DNA of 64,000 nt from a plasmid. Position 1 is the stretch's first letter. Each line of letters starts with the position of its first letter. The stretch lies in the sequence record CP088595.1; one strand, 5' to 3'. Both the position numbers and the translations under genes were made by a program. Below the pieces are notes generated by a model. It was not told the DNA's origin, did no database searches, and worked only from the letters and a program-made list of their open reading frames with translations. Positions 1-11,008 of the stretch are shown here, in pieces.

Positions 1-429
1 GAAACCTTCACCCTTGACTAGGCCGGCTGCCATGCAGCGCCGCAGCACCTCATTGAATAACCAGCGGAATAGATCGCTGTCACGAAAACGCCCATGGCGA
101 TTCTTCGAGAAGGTCGAGTGATTGGGGACTTCGTCTTCCAGACCCAACCGGCAGAACCAGCGATAGGCCAGGTTCAGGTGCACCTCTTCGCACAATCGCC
201 GCTCGGAACGAATGCCATAGCAGTAGCCGACGACCAGCATGCGCACCATCAACTCCGGGTCAATCGAGGGACGCCCGATGGGGCTATAGAAATCTGCCAG
301 GTAGGCACGTAGATCACTGAGATCCAAGCACTGGTCGATGCTGCGCAGGAGATGTTGGGCCGGGACGTGATCTTCCAGATTGAACGAGTAGAACAGGCGC
401 TGCTGTCCTCCCGGTAACTGTCCCATCAT
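1..429 (-). CDS. DDE transposase, N-terminal part (partial; runs off window)
   Basis: Open minus-strand frame from ATG 429/426 to the window edge. The motifs are transposase-like as above. Confidence 0.6.
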   Translation of the reverse strand, partial: MMGQLPGGQQRLFYSFNLEDHVPAQHLLRSIDQCLDLSDLRAYLADFYSPIGRPSIDPELMVRMLVVGYCYGIRSERRLCEEVHLNLAYRWFCRLGLEDEVPNHSTFSKNRHGRFRDSDLFRWLFNEVLRRCMAAGLVKGEGF

Positions 430-545
430 GCTGTTCGCCCCCACGCTCGCTGACAAAGCAATTTTGCCAACGGCATGGGGAGGCCGCTACTTTTTCAACA
501 GAATCGGCCGCACACAGCCATTCGGCTCAACAGAACCCTGCCTTT
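1..545 (-). mobile_element. Left end of an IS element (IS5/IS1182-superfamily, ISCfr1-like); continues beyond the window start
   Basis: Minus-strand translation from ATG at 429 gives MMGQLPGGQQRLFYSFNLEDHVPAQHLL...SIDPELMVRMLVVGYCYGIRSERRLCEEVHLNLAYRWFCRLGLEDEVPNHSTFSKNRHGRFR, a typical DDE transposase N-terminus (DUF772-like) of IS5/IS1182 families. The terminus is assumed to lie around 480-545. Confidence 0.55.
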
Positions 546-1701
546 ACCCCACCAAACTCCGGAAACTCGCCCGGTAGTCCGTCGGCTTGAGATGCACATG
601 TTGGCTGAGGTCGCCGGGTAGCGTGAACAGGCGCGGACCGTCCCGAAACTGGAACACGCGATACAGATGGAATTGATCGCCCGCCTCCTTGGAGAATTCG
701 AGTTCGTTGTGGCTGACCAAGAAAGACGAGCCTACCCCGCCATTGGTGGTTTTCACCTCGATGAAGCGCTCATGGGCGTCCTCTTCGAACGACAGGATGT
801 CGAACCCCGCACCGTCTCCCTGGGTGTCGGACACCCAATCCAGCCGCTGAAAAAGCTCTGGGTGGCCGAGCTCGGTCAGGCGTTGCTGTTCGTAGCCAAT
901 CACCCACTGCTCCCCTGCCCGGCCCAGCTTGCGGTTGGCTTCATCGCGAGCGGCATAATCGAACTTTCGCGGTAGGCGTTGCCGTAGAGATGCCGGGGTA
1001 CGCACAAGCACTTCACGGGCGGGTGGTTCTACCAAAGCCGCTCGGTAGGTTTTGTCACCCGGAAGTTTTACCTCCTCCAGGGCATCGACAAGAGCGCCGA
1101 CCGTCTGCTGATGTTCCAGAACGTAGGCGTGTACGGATTTACGCAGCAGCAGTTGGCTGTTGCCGCGTGGCTTGTAGCCGTTGATATAGGGCAGGCCCAG
1201 GGCATCGAGTACGGCGCTAATGTTCTGGTGCTTGAGCTCGACTGAAGACTTGCTGCGACCGTTCAGCAGTTGGCGCAGTGCCTGGTTGTGCTCGGACTTG
1301 TGGTACGGCTCCCCAGCCGCCTCGGCACGCAGCATGTCGAAATAGTCTTCGACCGTGGCCAGGACCTCTTCTTCGGACCAGTCTTCGCCGATGCGAATGA
1401 TGCGAAACCCGAGCCGCGTCAGCGCCGGAACGACGGTCGTCTCGCCACCGGAGAAGCTGTCAGCAGTGAGCGGGCCCTGCTCGGGAAATTGCTTGCCGAA
1501 GGCCACACCGGCGATGGCCTTGGAATCGCAATCGGTGCCGGTCTTCGGATCACGTACCAGGAAGTCGCGGGACTTGCCGTAGCCGTGGCGCGCCAGGAAT
1601 TTCGTGCGGCCCAGTTGCACGAACTCATCGATGGCAGCCTGCACGGCGGCGGGGCTTCGAAGCTGGGAGAGTTGAGACACAGGGTCCTTCCTTACTGTCA
1701 T
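544..1701 (-). CDS. Hypothetical protein with a C-terminal PD-(D/E)xK (DUF3883-like) nuclease fold; the N-terminal part may be a DNA-modification reader
   Basis: The ORF track gives 544..1857. The first ~50 aa look non-coding, so I take the start at MTVRKDPVSQ (ATG 1701). The C-terminus GFDILSFEEDAHERFIEVKTT fits a D...E.K nuclease motif. The GC content is high. Confidence 0.45.
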   Translation of the reverse strand: MTVRKDPVSQLSQLRSPAAVQAAIDEFVQLGRTKFLARHGYGKSRDFLVRDPKTGTDCDSKAIAGVAFGKQFPEQGPLTADSFSGGETTVVPALTRLGFRIIRIGEDWSEEEVLATVEDYFDMLRAEAAGEPYHKSEHNQALRQLLNGRSKSSVELKHQNISAVLDALGLPYINGYKPRGNSQLLLRKSVHAYVLEHQQTVGALVDALEEVKLPGDKTYRAALVEPPAREVLVRTPASLRQRLPRKFDYAARDEANRKLGRAGEQWVIGYEQQRLTELGHPELFQRLDWVSDTQGDGAGFDILSFEEDAHERFIEVKTTNGGVGSSFLVSHNELEFSKEAGDQFHLYRVFQFRDGPRLFTLPGDLSQHVHLKPTDYRASFRSLVG

Positions 1702-1730
1702 GGTGTGCCGGGAACCGCCGAGCCACGAGA

Positions 1731-1976
1731 TTATGAGTAGCCCCTGAACAGAAACGTCACGATAAAAGCCGTGAACGCCACCAGGCCCATTAAATCCCTT
1801 GCGTATTTGCAGCCCGTGCTGTCCAAACCTGTACCAGGTCCGATCAACACGCTCCAACCATTGAGGTACGAAAACACCGCCTGACCGAACAAAAAATGCG
1901 TGATAGCCGCCGCAGCCATGACGCCGGAATCGTCAGACAGGCTGTAGCTGTTGACCATTGCCCTGTACGCCTGCAT
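1731..1976 (-). CDS. Small hydrophobic hypothetical protein (81 aa)
   Basis: Listed ORF on the same strand upstream of the nuclease-like ORF, with hydrophobic stretches. There is no other support. Confidence 0.2.
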   Translation of the reverse strand: MQAYRAMVNSYSLSDDSGVMAAAAITHFLFGQAVFSYLNGWSVLIGPGTGLDSTGCKYARDLMGLVAFTAFIVTFLFRGYS

Positions 1977-2262
1977 CTGAAATGGCTATTGCCCTGATGG
2001 GAGCCGGCTTTTCAGCCACCGACACCAGCGATGCCGTCAATATTCTTTACCCGATAACCATGACCGTACAAGCTAACAAGGCCTGGCAAGCCAGCGGACT
2101 TAAAAAGTCTTTTTTTCTACCATCCCACAAAAAAGTTCGTGGTGGAGAAAAGATAAGCTATGCAAGGCTTTAGGAGACGTGGTTTTTCAGGATGACGAAG
2201 AACGATTCGGCGCTAGGTGCAACATAGGTGCATCGCACGAGCGCTAGGAACGGCGAAAAAAG

Positions 2263-2561
2263 GCGGACGTGGCGAAATCGGTAGACGCAGCAGACTTTAA
2301 AATTGGAGTGCCCGCGGGGAAATCCGCGGAGTAGAACCGCTCAAAGTCGGGGAACGCTAACGGGCAATACCCTAAGCCAATCCCGAGCCAAGCCCCTTCG
2401 GGGGAAGGTGTAGAGACTGGACGGGCGGCGCCTAAAGCCTTCGGGCAATGGCGAAGGGACAGTCCAGACCACGAACGTCATCAGACGGCGGCGAAAGTCG
2501 AGGTGGTACGAAAATCTGCTTCTCTGTGAGAGTACGGGTTCGAGTCCCGTCGTCCGCACCA
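2263..2561 (+). tRNA. tRNA-Leu(UAA) gene interrupted by a group I intron in the anticodon loop
   Basis: 5' exon GCGGACGTGGCGAAATCGGTAGACGCAGCAGACTT (2263-2297). 3' exon AAAATCTGC-TTCTCTGTGAGAGT-ACGGGTTCGAGTCCCGT-CGTCCGC-A-CCA (2511-2561). Acceptor stem is a perfect 7 bp (GCGGACG/CGTCCGC). D-arm GCGA-AATCGGTAGA-CGC matches Leu isoacceptors. Anticodon stem GCAGA/TCTGC. The spliced loop CTTAAAA gives anticodon UAA. There is a long variable arm (type II) and a T-arm GGTTCGAGTCC. Confidence 0.65.
2298..2510 (+). ncRNA. Group I self-splicing intron (213 nt) between U34 and A35 of tRNA-Leu(UAA)
   Basis: Inserted after a U and ending in G (omega-G) directly before the 3' exon. The core segment GAAGGTGTAGAGACTGGACGG closely resembles the conserved P7/P3 region of the Azoarcus and cyanobacterial tRNA group I (IC3) introns (AAGGUGUAGAGACUAGACGG). 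The length matches that intron class. Confidence 0.55.
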
Positions 2562-2654
2562 CAAAGCCAAACATCCCTGCGATGATCGACCTCTGGGCGT
2601 TTGGTCGTGAGCCCGCCACCCTCGCGCTACGCTTTGCGCAGGCGTCGAAGGCGA

Positions 2655-3197
2655 TCAGGTGCGCCCATCGATTCCGTCGAGCACCATCGCTGCGAGTTCA
2701 TCGCTGGTGTGTGCACCACTATCGAGAACACGGGTTGTGCATGGAAGCCGTTCCCTTGCGGCCAAGCATCGGGCGACATTCGCTAATCGCCACTCTCGAA
2801 TCTCCGCATTTCGATTCGGGTCAGGATGCATGGTCTGGTTCGCGATCCGGTGACGCAATAGGTCCTCGTTGAGCGTCAGAAAGATGTGCAGCAGCTGATC
2901 GTCGATCCGCCTTACCCCGTCGAGTATCTCAGTCAGATAGTCCGGGTGCACGAGCGTCATTGGGATGATGATGTCCTGCGAGTAATTCCTTCGAATCTCC
3001 CTGACCGCCGCGATCGTAAGTCCCCTCCACAAGGGGAGATCCTGATAGTCTCCGCTCGCTGGCATGGGGACCGTTTCTTTCACCACGAACCCGATTTCCT
3101 CGGGGTCAAAGATCAGCGATTTGGAACGCCGATCGCGCAGCCGCTTAGCGAGCGTCGTCTTTCCGGCGCCGAAAGGTCCGTTGATCCAGATTATCAT
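2655..3197 (-). CDS. tmrB: TmrB-like ATP-binding protein (tunicamycin-resistance protein family), usual partner of aac(3)-II
   Basis: MIIWINGPFGAGKTTLAKRL P-loop N-terminus, 180 aa. It lies immediately downstream of aac(3)-II, as in known aacC2-tmrB modules. Confidence 0.8.
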   Translation of the reverse strand: MIIWINGPFGAGKTTLAKRLRDRRSKSLIFDPEEIGFVVKETVPMPASGDYQDLPLWRGLTIAAVREIRRNYSQDIIIPMTLVHPDYLTEILDGVRRIDDQLLHIFLTLNEDLLRHRIANQTMHPDPNRNAEIREWRLANVARCLAARERLPCTTRVLDSGAHTSDELAAMVLDGIDGRT

Positions 3198-3209
3198 TGT
3201 CGACGGCCT

Positions 3210-4070
3210 CTAACCTGAAGGCTCGCAAGAGCGCTCGACGGCCTCGTGCGGAGGCACGATCGGAGTGGTTCCGAAATGCTTCTCAAGATAGGTGACGCCG
3301 AACGTCACGATGTCCTGCGCGTCGAACAGGTAGCACTGAGCAAAGCCCACGACACCTTCTCGATGGCGACCGAGCTTCACGTAAGCATTTGCTATAGTTT
3401 CAACCGCATCCGGCTTTCCTTCGATAGCAAAGCAATCGAGAATGCCGTTTGAATCGTAATCCGATGCCGTTTTCCAGGCGACTTCACCGTCTCTTCCAAG
3501 CATCGGCATCTCATACGTCACCCACCGTTTGTTGGGGATATCGGCAACCGCCTCGGCGTAGTGCAATGCGGTAACGGAGTTTAGCGGCGCACCCAACAGC
3601 AGGGCCTTCCCGCCAAGGCGAACGAACCGCTCGACGGGCGATCCTTCCCCCAAGGCGTGACCGAGTTCGTGAGGCTCCGTCAGCGTTTCAGCCAGCGGAC
3701 CAACCGCGACCATCGATGCATCGGGGTGCGCGCTGCGCCGCGCGCCGGGGGCTTGAACCAGAAATTGATTCAGCAGGCCGAACCCACGGTAAGTCCCGGC
3801 TGTTGCGGGATCGAACGGCAGCCAGGTACGGCGGGCTTCGTCATCCAGCCGAGCGCCATTCAGAGTCTCCTCGTAGGGTGATCGGTCCCACGACGCGTAT
3901 CCCATCACAGTGCCAGTCGGCCCAACCGCGGAGCGTAACGCGGCAACGACCGTCTCCGCTCCTCCTTCGACCGGACCAATCGCTTTAAGTGAGGCATGCA
4001 CCATCAAGAGGTCACCGGTTTGGACTCCGAGTTTTTGAAGCGCCTCCGTTATTGCCTTCCGCGTATGCAT
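3210..4070 (-). CDS. aac(3)-II: Aminoglycoside 3-N-acetyltransferase AAC(3)-II (gentamicin/tobramycin resistance), 286 aa
   Basis: The protein from the internal Met is MHTRKAITEALQKLGVQTGDLLMVHASLKAIGPVEGGAETVV..., matching the AAC(3)-IIa/d/e family. The listed ORF has a spurious 22-aa N-terminal extension. ATG confirmed at 4070. Confidence 0.9.
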   Translation of the reverse strand: MHTRKAITEALQKLGVQTGDLLMVHASLKAIGPVEGGAETVVAALRSAVGPTGTVMGYASWDRSPYEETLNGARLDDEARRTWLPFDPATAGTYRGFGLLNQFLVQAPGARRSAHPDASMVAVGPLAETLTEPHELGHALGEGSPVERFVRLGGKALLLGAPLNSVTALHYAEAVADIPNKRWVTYEMPMLGRDGEVAWKTASDYDSNGILDCFAIEGKPDAVETIANAYVKLGRHREGVVGFAQCYLFDAQDIVTFGVTYLEKHFGTTPIVPPHEAVERSCEPSG

Positions 4071-4104
4071 CGCGATATCTCCTCTAAACTGCAAAACACT
4101 ATAC

Positions 4105-4142
4105 GGGGTCTGACGCTCAGTGGAACGAAAACTCACGTTAAG
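4105..4142. repeat. Tn3 38-bp terminal inverted repeat (bla-proximal end)
   Basis: Exact Tn3 IR sequence read in the window. Confidence 0.9.
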
Positions 4143-4251
4143 GGATTTTGGTCATGAGATTATCAAAAAGGATCTTCACCTAGATCCTTTTAAATTAAAA
4201 ATGAAGTTTTAAATCAATCTAAAGTATATATGAGTAAACTTGGTCTGACAG

Positions 4252-5124
<873 letters not shown>

Positions 5125-5153
5125 TCAATATTATTGAAGCATTTACCAGGGTT

Positions 5154-5182
5154 ATTGTCTCATGAGCGGATACATATTTGAA
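5154..5182 (-). promoter_or_regulatory. blaTEM P3 promoter (-35 TTCAAA, -10 GACAAT)
   Basis: Reverse complement of 5154-5182 reads TTCAAATATGTATCCGCTCATGAGACAAT, the canonical P3 arrangement upstream of bla. Confidence 0.5.
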
Positions 5183-5294
5183 TGTATTTAGAAAAATAAA
5201 CAAATAGGGGTTCCGCGCACATTTCCCCGAAAAGTGCCACCTGACGTCTAAGAAACCATTATTATCATGACATTAACCTATAAAAATAGGCGTA

Positions 5295-6015
<721 letters not shown>

Positions 6016-9000
6016 ATGCCCGTTGACTTTCTGACCACTGAGCAGACTGAAAGCTATGGCAGATTCACCGGTGAACCGGATGAGCTTCAGCTGGCACGAT
6101 ATTTTCACCTTGATGAAGCAGACAAGGAATTTATCGGAAAAAGCAGAGGTGATCACAACCGTCTGGGCATTGCCCTGCAAATTGGATGTGTCCGTTTTCT
6201 GGGCACCTTCCTCACCGATATGAATCATATTCCTTCCGGCGTCCGGCATTTTACCGCCAGACAGCTCGGGATTCGTGATATCACCGTTCTTGCAGAATAC
6301 GGTCAGAGGGAAAATACCCGCCGTGAGCATGCAGCGCTGATACGTCAGCACTATCAGTATCGTGAATTTGCCTGGCCCTGGACATTTCGCCTTACCCGTC
6401 TTTTATATACCCGGAGCTGGATAAGCAACGAACGTCCTGGCCTGCTTTTCGATCTGGCGACAGGGTGGCTTATGCAACATCGTATTATTCTCCCCGGAGC
6501 CACTACGCTGACCCGGTTGATTTCAGAGGTAAGGGAAAAGGCGACGTTGCGCCTGTGGAACAAACTGGCACTGATACCGTCAGCCGAACAGCGTTCACAG
6601 CTGGAGATGCTGCTGGGGCCAACTGATTGCAGCCGCCTGTCTTTACTGGAATCACTGAAAAAGGGCCCTGTGACCATCAGTGGTCCGGCGTTTAATGAAG
6701 CAATTGAACGCTGGAAAACTCTGAACGATTTTGGCCTGCATGCTGAAAACCTGAGTACACTCCCGGCTGTGCGCCTGAAAAATCTCGCACGTTATGCTGG
6801 TATGACTTCGGTGTTCAATATTGCCAGGATGTCACCGCAGAAAAGGATGGCGGTTCTGGTTGCCTTTGTCCTTGCATGGGAAACGCTGGCGCTGGATGAT
6901 GCATTGGACGTTCTGGACGCCATGCTGGCCGTTATCATCCGTGACGCCAGAAAGATTGGGCAGAAAAAACGGCTCCGCTCGCTGAAGGATCTGGATAAAT
7001 CTGCATTGGCGCTCGCCAGCGCATGTTCGTACCTGCTGAAAGAAGAAACACCGGACGAATCGATTCGTGCTGAGGTGTTCAGCTACATCCCAAGGCAAAA
7101 GCTGGCTGAAATCATCACGCTTGTCCGTGAAATTGCCCGGCCCTCAGACGATAATTTTCATGAAGAAATGGTGGAGCAGTACGGGCGCGTTCGTCGTTTC
7201 CTGCCCCATCTGCTGAATACCGTTAAATTTTCATCCGCACCTGCCGGGGTTACCACTCTGAATGCCTGTGACTACCTCAGCCGGGAGTTCAGCTCACGGC
7301 GGCAGTTTTTTGACGACGCACCAACGGAAATTATCAGTCGGTCATGGAAACGGCTGGTGATTAACAAGGAAAAACATATCACCCGCAGGGGATACACGCT
7401 CTGCTTTCTCAGTAAACTGCAGGATAGTCTGAGGCGGAGGGATGTCTACGTTACCGGCAGTAACCGGTGGGGAGATCCTCGTGCAAGATTACTACAGGGT
7501 GCTGACTGGCAGGCAAACCGGATTAAGGTTTATCGTTCTTTGGGGCACCCGACAGACCCGCAGGAAGCAATAAAATCTCTGGGTCATCAGCTTGATAGTC
7601 GTTACAGACAGGTTGCTGCACGTCTTTGCGAAAATGAGGCTGTCGAACTCGATGTTTCTGGCCCGAAGCCCCGGTTGACAATTTCTCCCCTCGCCAGTCT
7701 TGATGAGCCGGACAGTCTGAAACGACTGAGCAAAATGATCAGTGATCTACTCCCTCCGGTGGATTTAACGGAGTTGCTGCTCGAAATTAACGCCCATACC
7801 GGATTTGCTGATGAGTTTTTCCATGCTAGTGAAGCCAGTGCCAGAGTTGATGATCTGCCCGTCAGCATCAGCGCCGTGCTGATGGCTGAAGCCTGCAATA
7901 TCGGTCTGGAACCACTGATCAGATCAAATGTTCCTGCACTGACCCGACACCGGCTGAACTGGACAAAAGCGAACTATCTGCGGGCTGAAACTATCACCAG
8001 CGCTAATGCCAGACTGGTTGATTTTCAGGCAACGCTGCCACTGGCACAGATATGGGGTGGAGGAGAAGTGGCATCTGCAGATGGAATGCGCTTTGTTACG
8101 CCAGTCAGAACAATCAATGCCGGACCGAACCGCAAATACTTTGGTAATAACAGAGGGATCACCTGGTACAACTTTGTGTCCGATCAGTATTCCGGCTTTC
8201 ATGGCATCGTTATACCGGGGACGCTGAGGGACTCTATCTTTGTGCTGGAAGGTCTTCTGGAACAGGAGACCGGGCTGAATCCAACCGAAATTATGACCGA
8301 TACAGCAGGTGCCAGCGAACTTGTCTTTGGCCTTTTCTGGCTGCTGGGATACCAGTTTTCTCCACGCCTGGCTGATGCCGGTGCTTCGGTTTTCTGGCGA
8401 ATGGACCATGATGCCGACTATGGCGTGCTGAATGATATTGCCAGAGGGCAATCAGATCCCCGAAAAATAGTCCTTCAGTGGGACGAAATGATCCGGACCG
8501 CTGGCTCCCTGAAGCTGGGCAAAGTACAGGCTTCAGTGCTGGTCCGTTCATTGCTGAAAAGTGAACGTCCTTCCGGACTGACTCAGGCAATCATTGAAGT
8601 GGGGCGCATCAACAAAACGCTGTATCTGCTTAATTATATTGATGATGAAGATTACCGCCGGCGCATTCTGACCCAGCTTAATCGGGGAGAAAGTCGCCAT
8701 GCCGTTGCCAGAGCCATCTGTCACGGTCAAAAAGGTGAGATAAGAAAACGATATACCGACGGTCAGGAAGATCAACTGGGCGCACTGGGGCTGGTCACTA
8801 ACGCCGTCGTGTTATGGAACACTATTTATATGCAGGCAGCCCTGGATCATCTCCGGGCGCAGGGTGAAACACTGAATGATGAAGATATCGCACGCCTCTC
8901 CCCGCTTTGCCACGGACATATCAATATGCTCGGCCATTATTCCTTCACGCTGGCAGAACTGGTGACCAAAGGACATCTGAGACCATTAAAAGAGGCGTCA

Positions 9001-9021
9001 GAGGCAGAAAACGTTGCTTAA
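6016..9021 (+). CDS. tnpA: Tn3 transposase TnpA, 1001 aa
   Basis: From ATG 6016 the protein is MPVDFLTTEQTESYGRFTGEPDELQLARYFHLDEADKEFIGKSRGDHNRLGIALQIGCVRFLG... . The listed ORF start at 5857 adds a 53-aa upstream artefact. Confidence 0.95.
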   Translation: MPVDFLTTEQTESYGRFTGEPDELQLARYFHLDEADKEFIGKSRGDHNRLGIALQIGCVRFLGTFLTDMNHIPSGVRHFTARQLGIRDITVLAEYGQRENTRREHAALIRQHYQYREFAWPWTFRLTRLLYTRSWISNERPGLLFDLATGWLMQHRIILPGATTLTRLISEVREKATLRLWNKLALIPSAEQRSQLEMLLGPTDCSRLSLLESLKKGPVTISGPAFNEAIERWKTLNDFGLHAENLSTLPAVRLKNLARYAGMTSVFNIARMSPQKRMAVLVAFVLAWETLALDDALDVLDAMLAVIIRDARKIGQKKRLRSLKDLDKSALALASACSYLLKEETPDESIRAEVFSYIPRQKLAEIITLVREIARPSDDNFHEEMVEQYGRVRRFLPHLLNTVKFSSAPAGVTTLNACDYLSREFSSRRQFFDDAPTEIISRSWKRLVINKEKHITRRGYTLCFLSKLQDSLRRRDVYVTGSNRWGDPRARLLQGADWQANRIKVYRSLGHPTDPQEAIKSLGHQLDSRYRQVAARLCENEAVELDVSGPKPRLTISPLASLDEPDSLKRLSKMISDLLPPVDLTELLLEINAHTGFADEFFHASEASARVDDLPVSISAVLMAEACNIGLEPLIRSNVPALTRHRLNWTKANYLRAETITSANARLVDFQATLPLAQIWGGGEVASADGMRFVTPVRTINAGPNRKYFGNNRGITWYNFVSDQYSGFHGIVIPGTLRDSIFVLEGLLEQETGLNPTEIMTDTAGASELVFGLFWLLGYQFSPRLADAGASVFWRMDHDADYGVLNDIARGQSDPRKIVLQWDEMIRTAGSLKLGKVQASVLVRSLLKSERPSGLTQAIIEVGRINKTLYLLNYIDDEDYRRRILTQLNRGESRHAVARAICHGQKGEIRKRYTDGQEDQLGALGLVTNAVVLWNTIYMQAALDHLRAQGETLNDEDIARLSPLCHGHINMLGHYSFTLAELVTKGHLRPLKEASEAENVA

Positions 9022-9054
9022 CGTGAGTTTTCGTTCCACTGAGCGTCAGACCCC
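9017..9054. repeat. Tn3 38-bp terminal inverted repeat (tnpA-proximal end)
   Basis: Reverse complement of the IR at 4105-4142. It overlaps the last codons and stop of tnpA, as in Tn3. Confidence 0.9.
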
Positions 9055-9235
9055 GAAAACAAATGAATTAACTGCTTACGTATATGGATACATATACAGT
9101 ATTAATTTATTAAGGAGAAAATGGCATGTCAAGATTTAATGATAGTGATTATCATTAACATGAAGTGATGTTACACCGTTCAGAAAGCCTGCTGACGCTG
9201 TGGCAGCATCACAGTCTGAGTATTCTCTGGTGCAA

Positions 9236-9281
9236 TACAAAAACCGGACTTTCCCGTAACAACAGACAATGTTACGGGAAA
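9236..9281 (-). terminator. Rho-independent terminator of the 449-aa backbone gene
   Basis: Hairpin TTCCCGTAAC...GTTACGGGAA followed on the minus strand by a U-run (TCCGGTTTTTG). Confidence 0.45.
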
Positions 9282-9308
9282 AGTTACAGAACTGAGCCAC
9301 AAAATATC

Positions 9309-10655
9309 TCAGTACCTGAGATGCATAAAAACACCGTACATATGTTTCTCAAAAGGGGGATGATCGTTATCCAGCCATTTCGGTGGATCGGTATGCAGAA
9401 CACCAATCTGCTTCATGCCGGTATGCTGCCTGGATTTTCTCGCGCAGTAATCACTGTCTTCATATCCCATCGTTTCGATGACCACTCTGGCCGTCTTTCC
9501 GTCAGGAGCCCTTGCTGTGACAATGAAATCCGGCAGTACATATTTCTTTTCACCATTAACATAAACTTCTGTATCAAACAGGGGCCTTTCCAGACTTAAT
9601 TCCGGCGTACCTGGCTTTCTTTTAAGCCAGCTGGCCACATTCAGAAGAGCAGTGAGCGTGTTTCGTTCCAGTTTGCTGTCCACAGGAACCGGACATGTCA
9701 GTTGATAAAGAGCATGAGCATACCCTTCACTGCAGATGATTCTGCCATCGGCACTCCGGCAAAAAGCAAGAATAACCCAGTAAGGGGGACGTATTCCGCC
9801 CTGCGCTTCACCATTAATACTGATCCCCCGCACAGGTCTGAAGACCTGAATATTACCGTTCGCCCAGTGAATTTCCACAGCATCACGACAGATGTGCTGC
9901 GCCATAAAAATCTGAAAGAACATATGTTTTCTTCTGGCAGGCCAGTGTCGTTCTGAATTCTCCAGCGTTTCCATTAACCGCTCCTGAGACCTTTCAGACA
10001 TTCCTGGCCGGAAATGGATAATTTCAGATAAGGATCTTCCCCGAATATACTCCTGCTGTAGTGTAACCTGCCGTATGGCATCAAGACACTCACGATAATT
10101 AGTCCGGATACGGGGATTAGCCAGGGAATCCAGTTTATTCAGCCCTGCATCTTCAATAAGCGACAGGAGTAAACGGCCAAGGCGCGGACGTTTCTTGCGA
10201 ACGGAGGAGCGCTCACCATTATGGTAAGCAGAGCGGGTCTGCAGTCTGATAACAGAATTACTGTCATCAGGTGGTAAAAAGTTTCTGTAATTTATACGGG
10301 TGCTAACGGGATGCCGGCTTGCTCCGAAGGATGTTTCCTCTTCATTTCCTGATAACTGACGATACATGGGGCATTCAGGTGCATGCTCATGATTAAAACT
10401 GGACAGATAAAGAGTACCCGTATTGTTTTTAAGAGCAGCAAAATTCATGGCCGGCGAATCTCCCGGAATACAGTCACACTGTAACCATGCATCATACTCA
10501 CGCATTTCCCGGAGAAGATCATTGGCCAGGTTATGTTGTGCCATGGTTGCTGGCTTTTTCAGTCCACAGACCGTCTTTACTGCAGTCTCTTCCTCACTGC
10601 TAAGCTCCCGAATCACTTTGCCCCGGGGATTCTTCTTTACAAGTATCATTGGCAT
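9309..10655 (-). CDS. Conserved IncI1-backbone hypothetical protein (449 aa)
   Basis: Long ORF. A strong SD AAGGAG lies 8 nt upstream of the ATG at 10655 (MPMILVKKNPRGK...). The listed ORF start at 10766 is probably an upstream artefact. Confidence 0.55.
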   Translation of the reverse strand: MPMILVKKNPRGKVIRELSSEEETAVKTVCGLKKPATMAQHNLANDLLREMREYDAWLQCDCIPGDSPAMNFAALKNNTGTLYLSSFNHEHAPECPMYRQLSGNEEETSFGASRHPVSTRINYRNFLPPDDSNSVIRLQTRSAYHNGERSSVRKKRPRLGRLLLSLIEDAGLNKLDSLANPRIRTNYRECLDAIRQVTLQQEYIRGRSLSEIIHFRPGMSERSQERLMETLENSERHWPARRKHMFFQIFMAQHICRDAVEIHWANGNIQVFRPVRGISINGEAQGGIRPPYWVILAFCRSADGRIICSEGYAHALYQLTCPVPVDSKLERNTLTALLNVASWLKRKPGTPELSLERPLFDTEVYVNGEKKYVLPDFIVTARAPDGKTARVVIETMGYEDSDYCARKSRQHTGMKQIGVLHTDPPKWLDNDHPPFEKHMYGVFMHLRY

Positions 10656-11008
10656 AATGAAAGCACTCCTTATGTACATGCTTAAACAGTAAGTAAAATA
10701 TACAAAGAACACACCATGAAACAAAGGCAGAGATGAACTGTGCGCCCCGATATCTTCTTCTGACATCCTTTCAAATGAATTTTTTTTATTTATATCATGA
10801 CAACATTAACGTTAGAGAATATATCAACCATGTTTCGGTCAGGGTTCAGTCGAATATCAATTCGACTGTCACGCCATAACTGTTACCGCCTCGAGTATAA
10901 ATATTCAGAGAACGGACTTATAAACCATGAAAAATCACCTGACGGAAAATTTACTAATTTATGGATTGTGATATTATTAAAGAGTAAAACCAGCCAGCCG
11001 AGGTATTT

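Noticed and set aside
94-312. 72-aa plus-strand ORF at the window start
   Set aside because: It lies antisense to the IS transposase reading frame.
2341-3218. ORFs 2341..2619(-), 2582..2872(+), 2601..2786(+), 2659..2853(+), 2886..3218(+)
   Set aside because: They overlap the tRNA/group I intron or lie antisense to tmrB. They are GC-rich frame artefacts.
3210-4136. Listed 308-aa version of the aac(3)-II ORF
   Set aside because: The family protein is 286 aa starting MHTRKAIT. The extra 22 codons run into the Tn3 IR junction.
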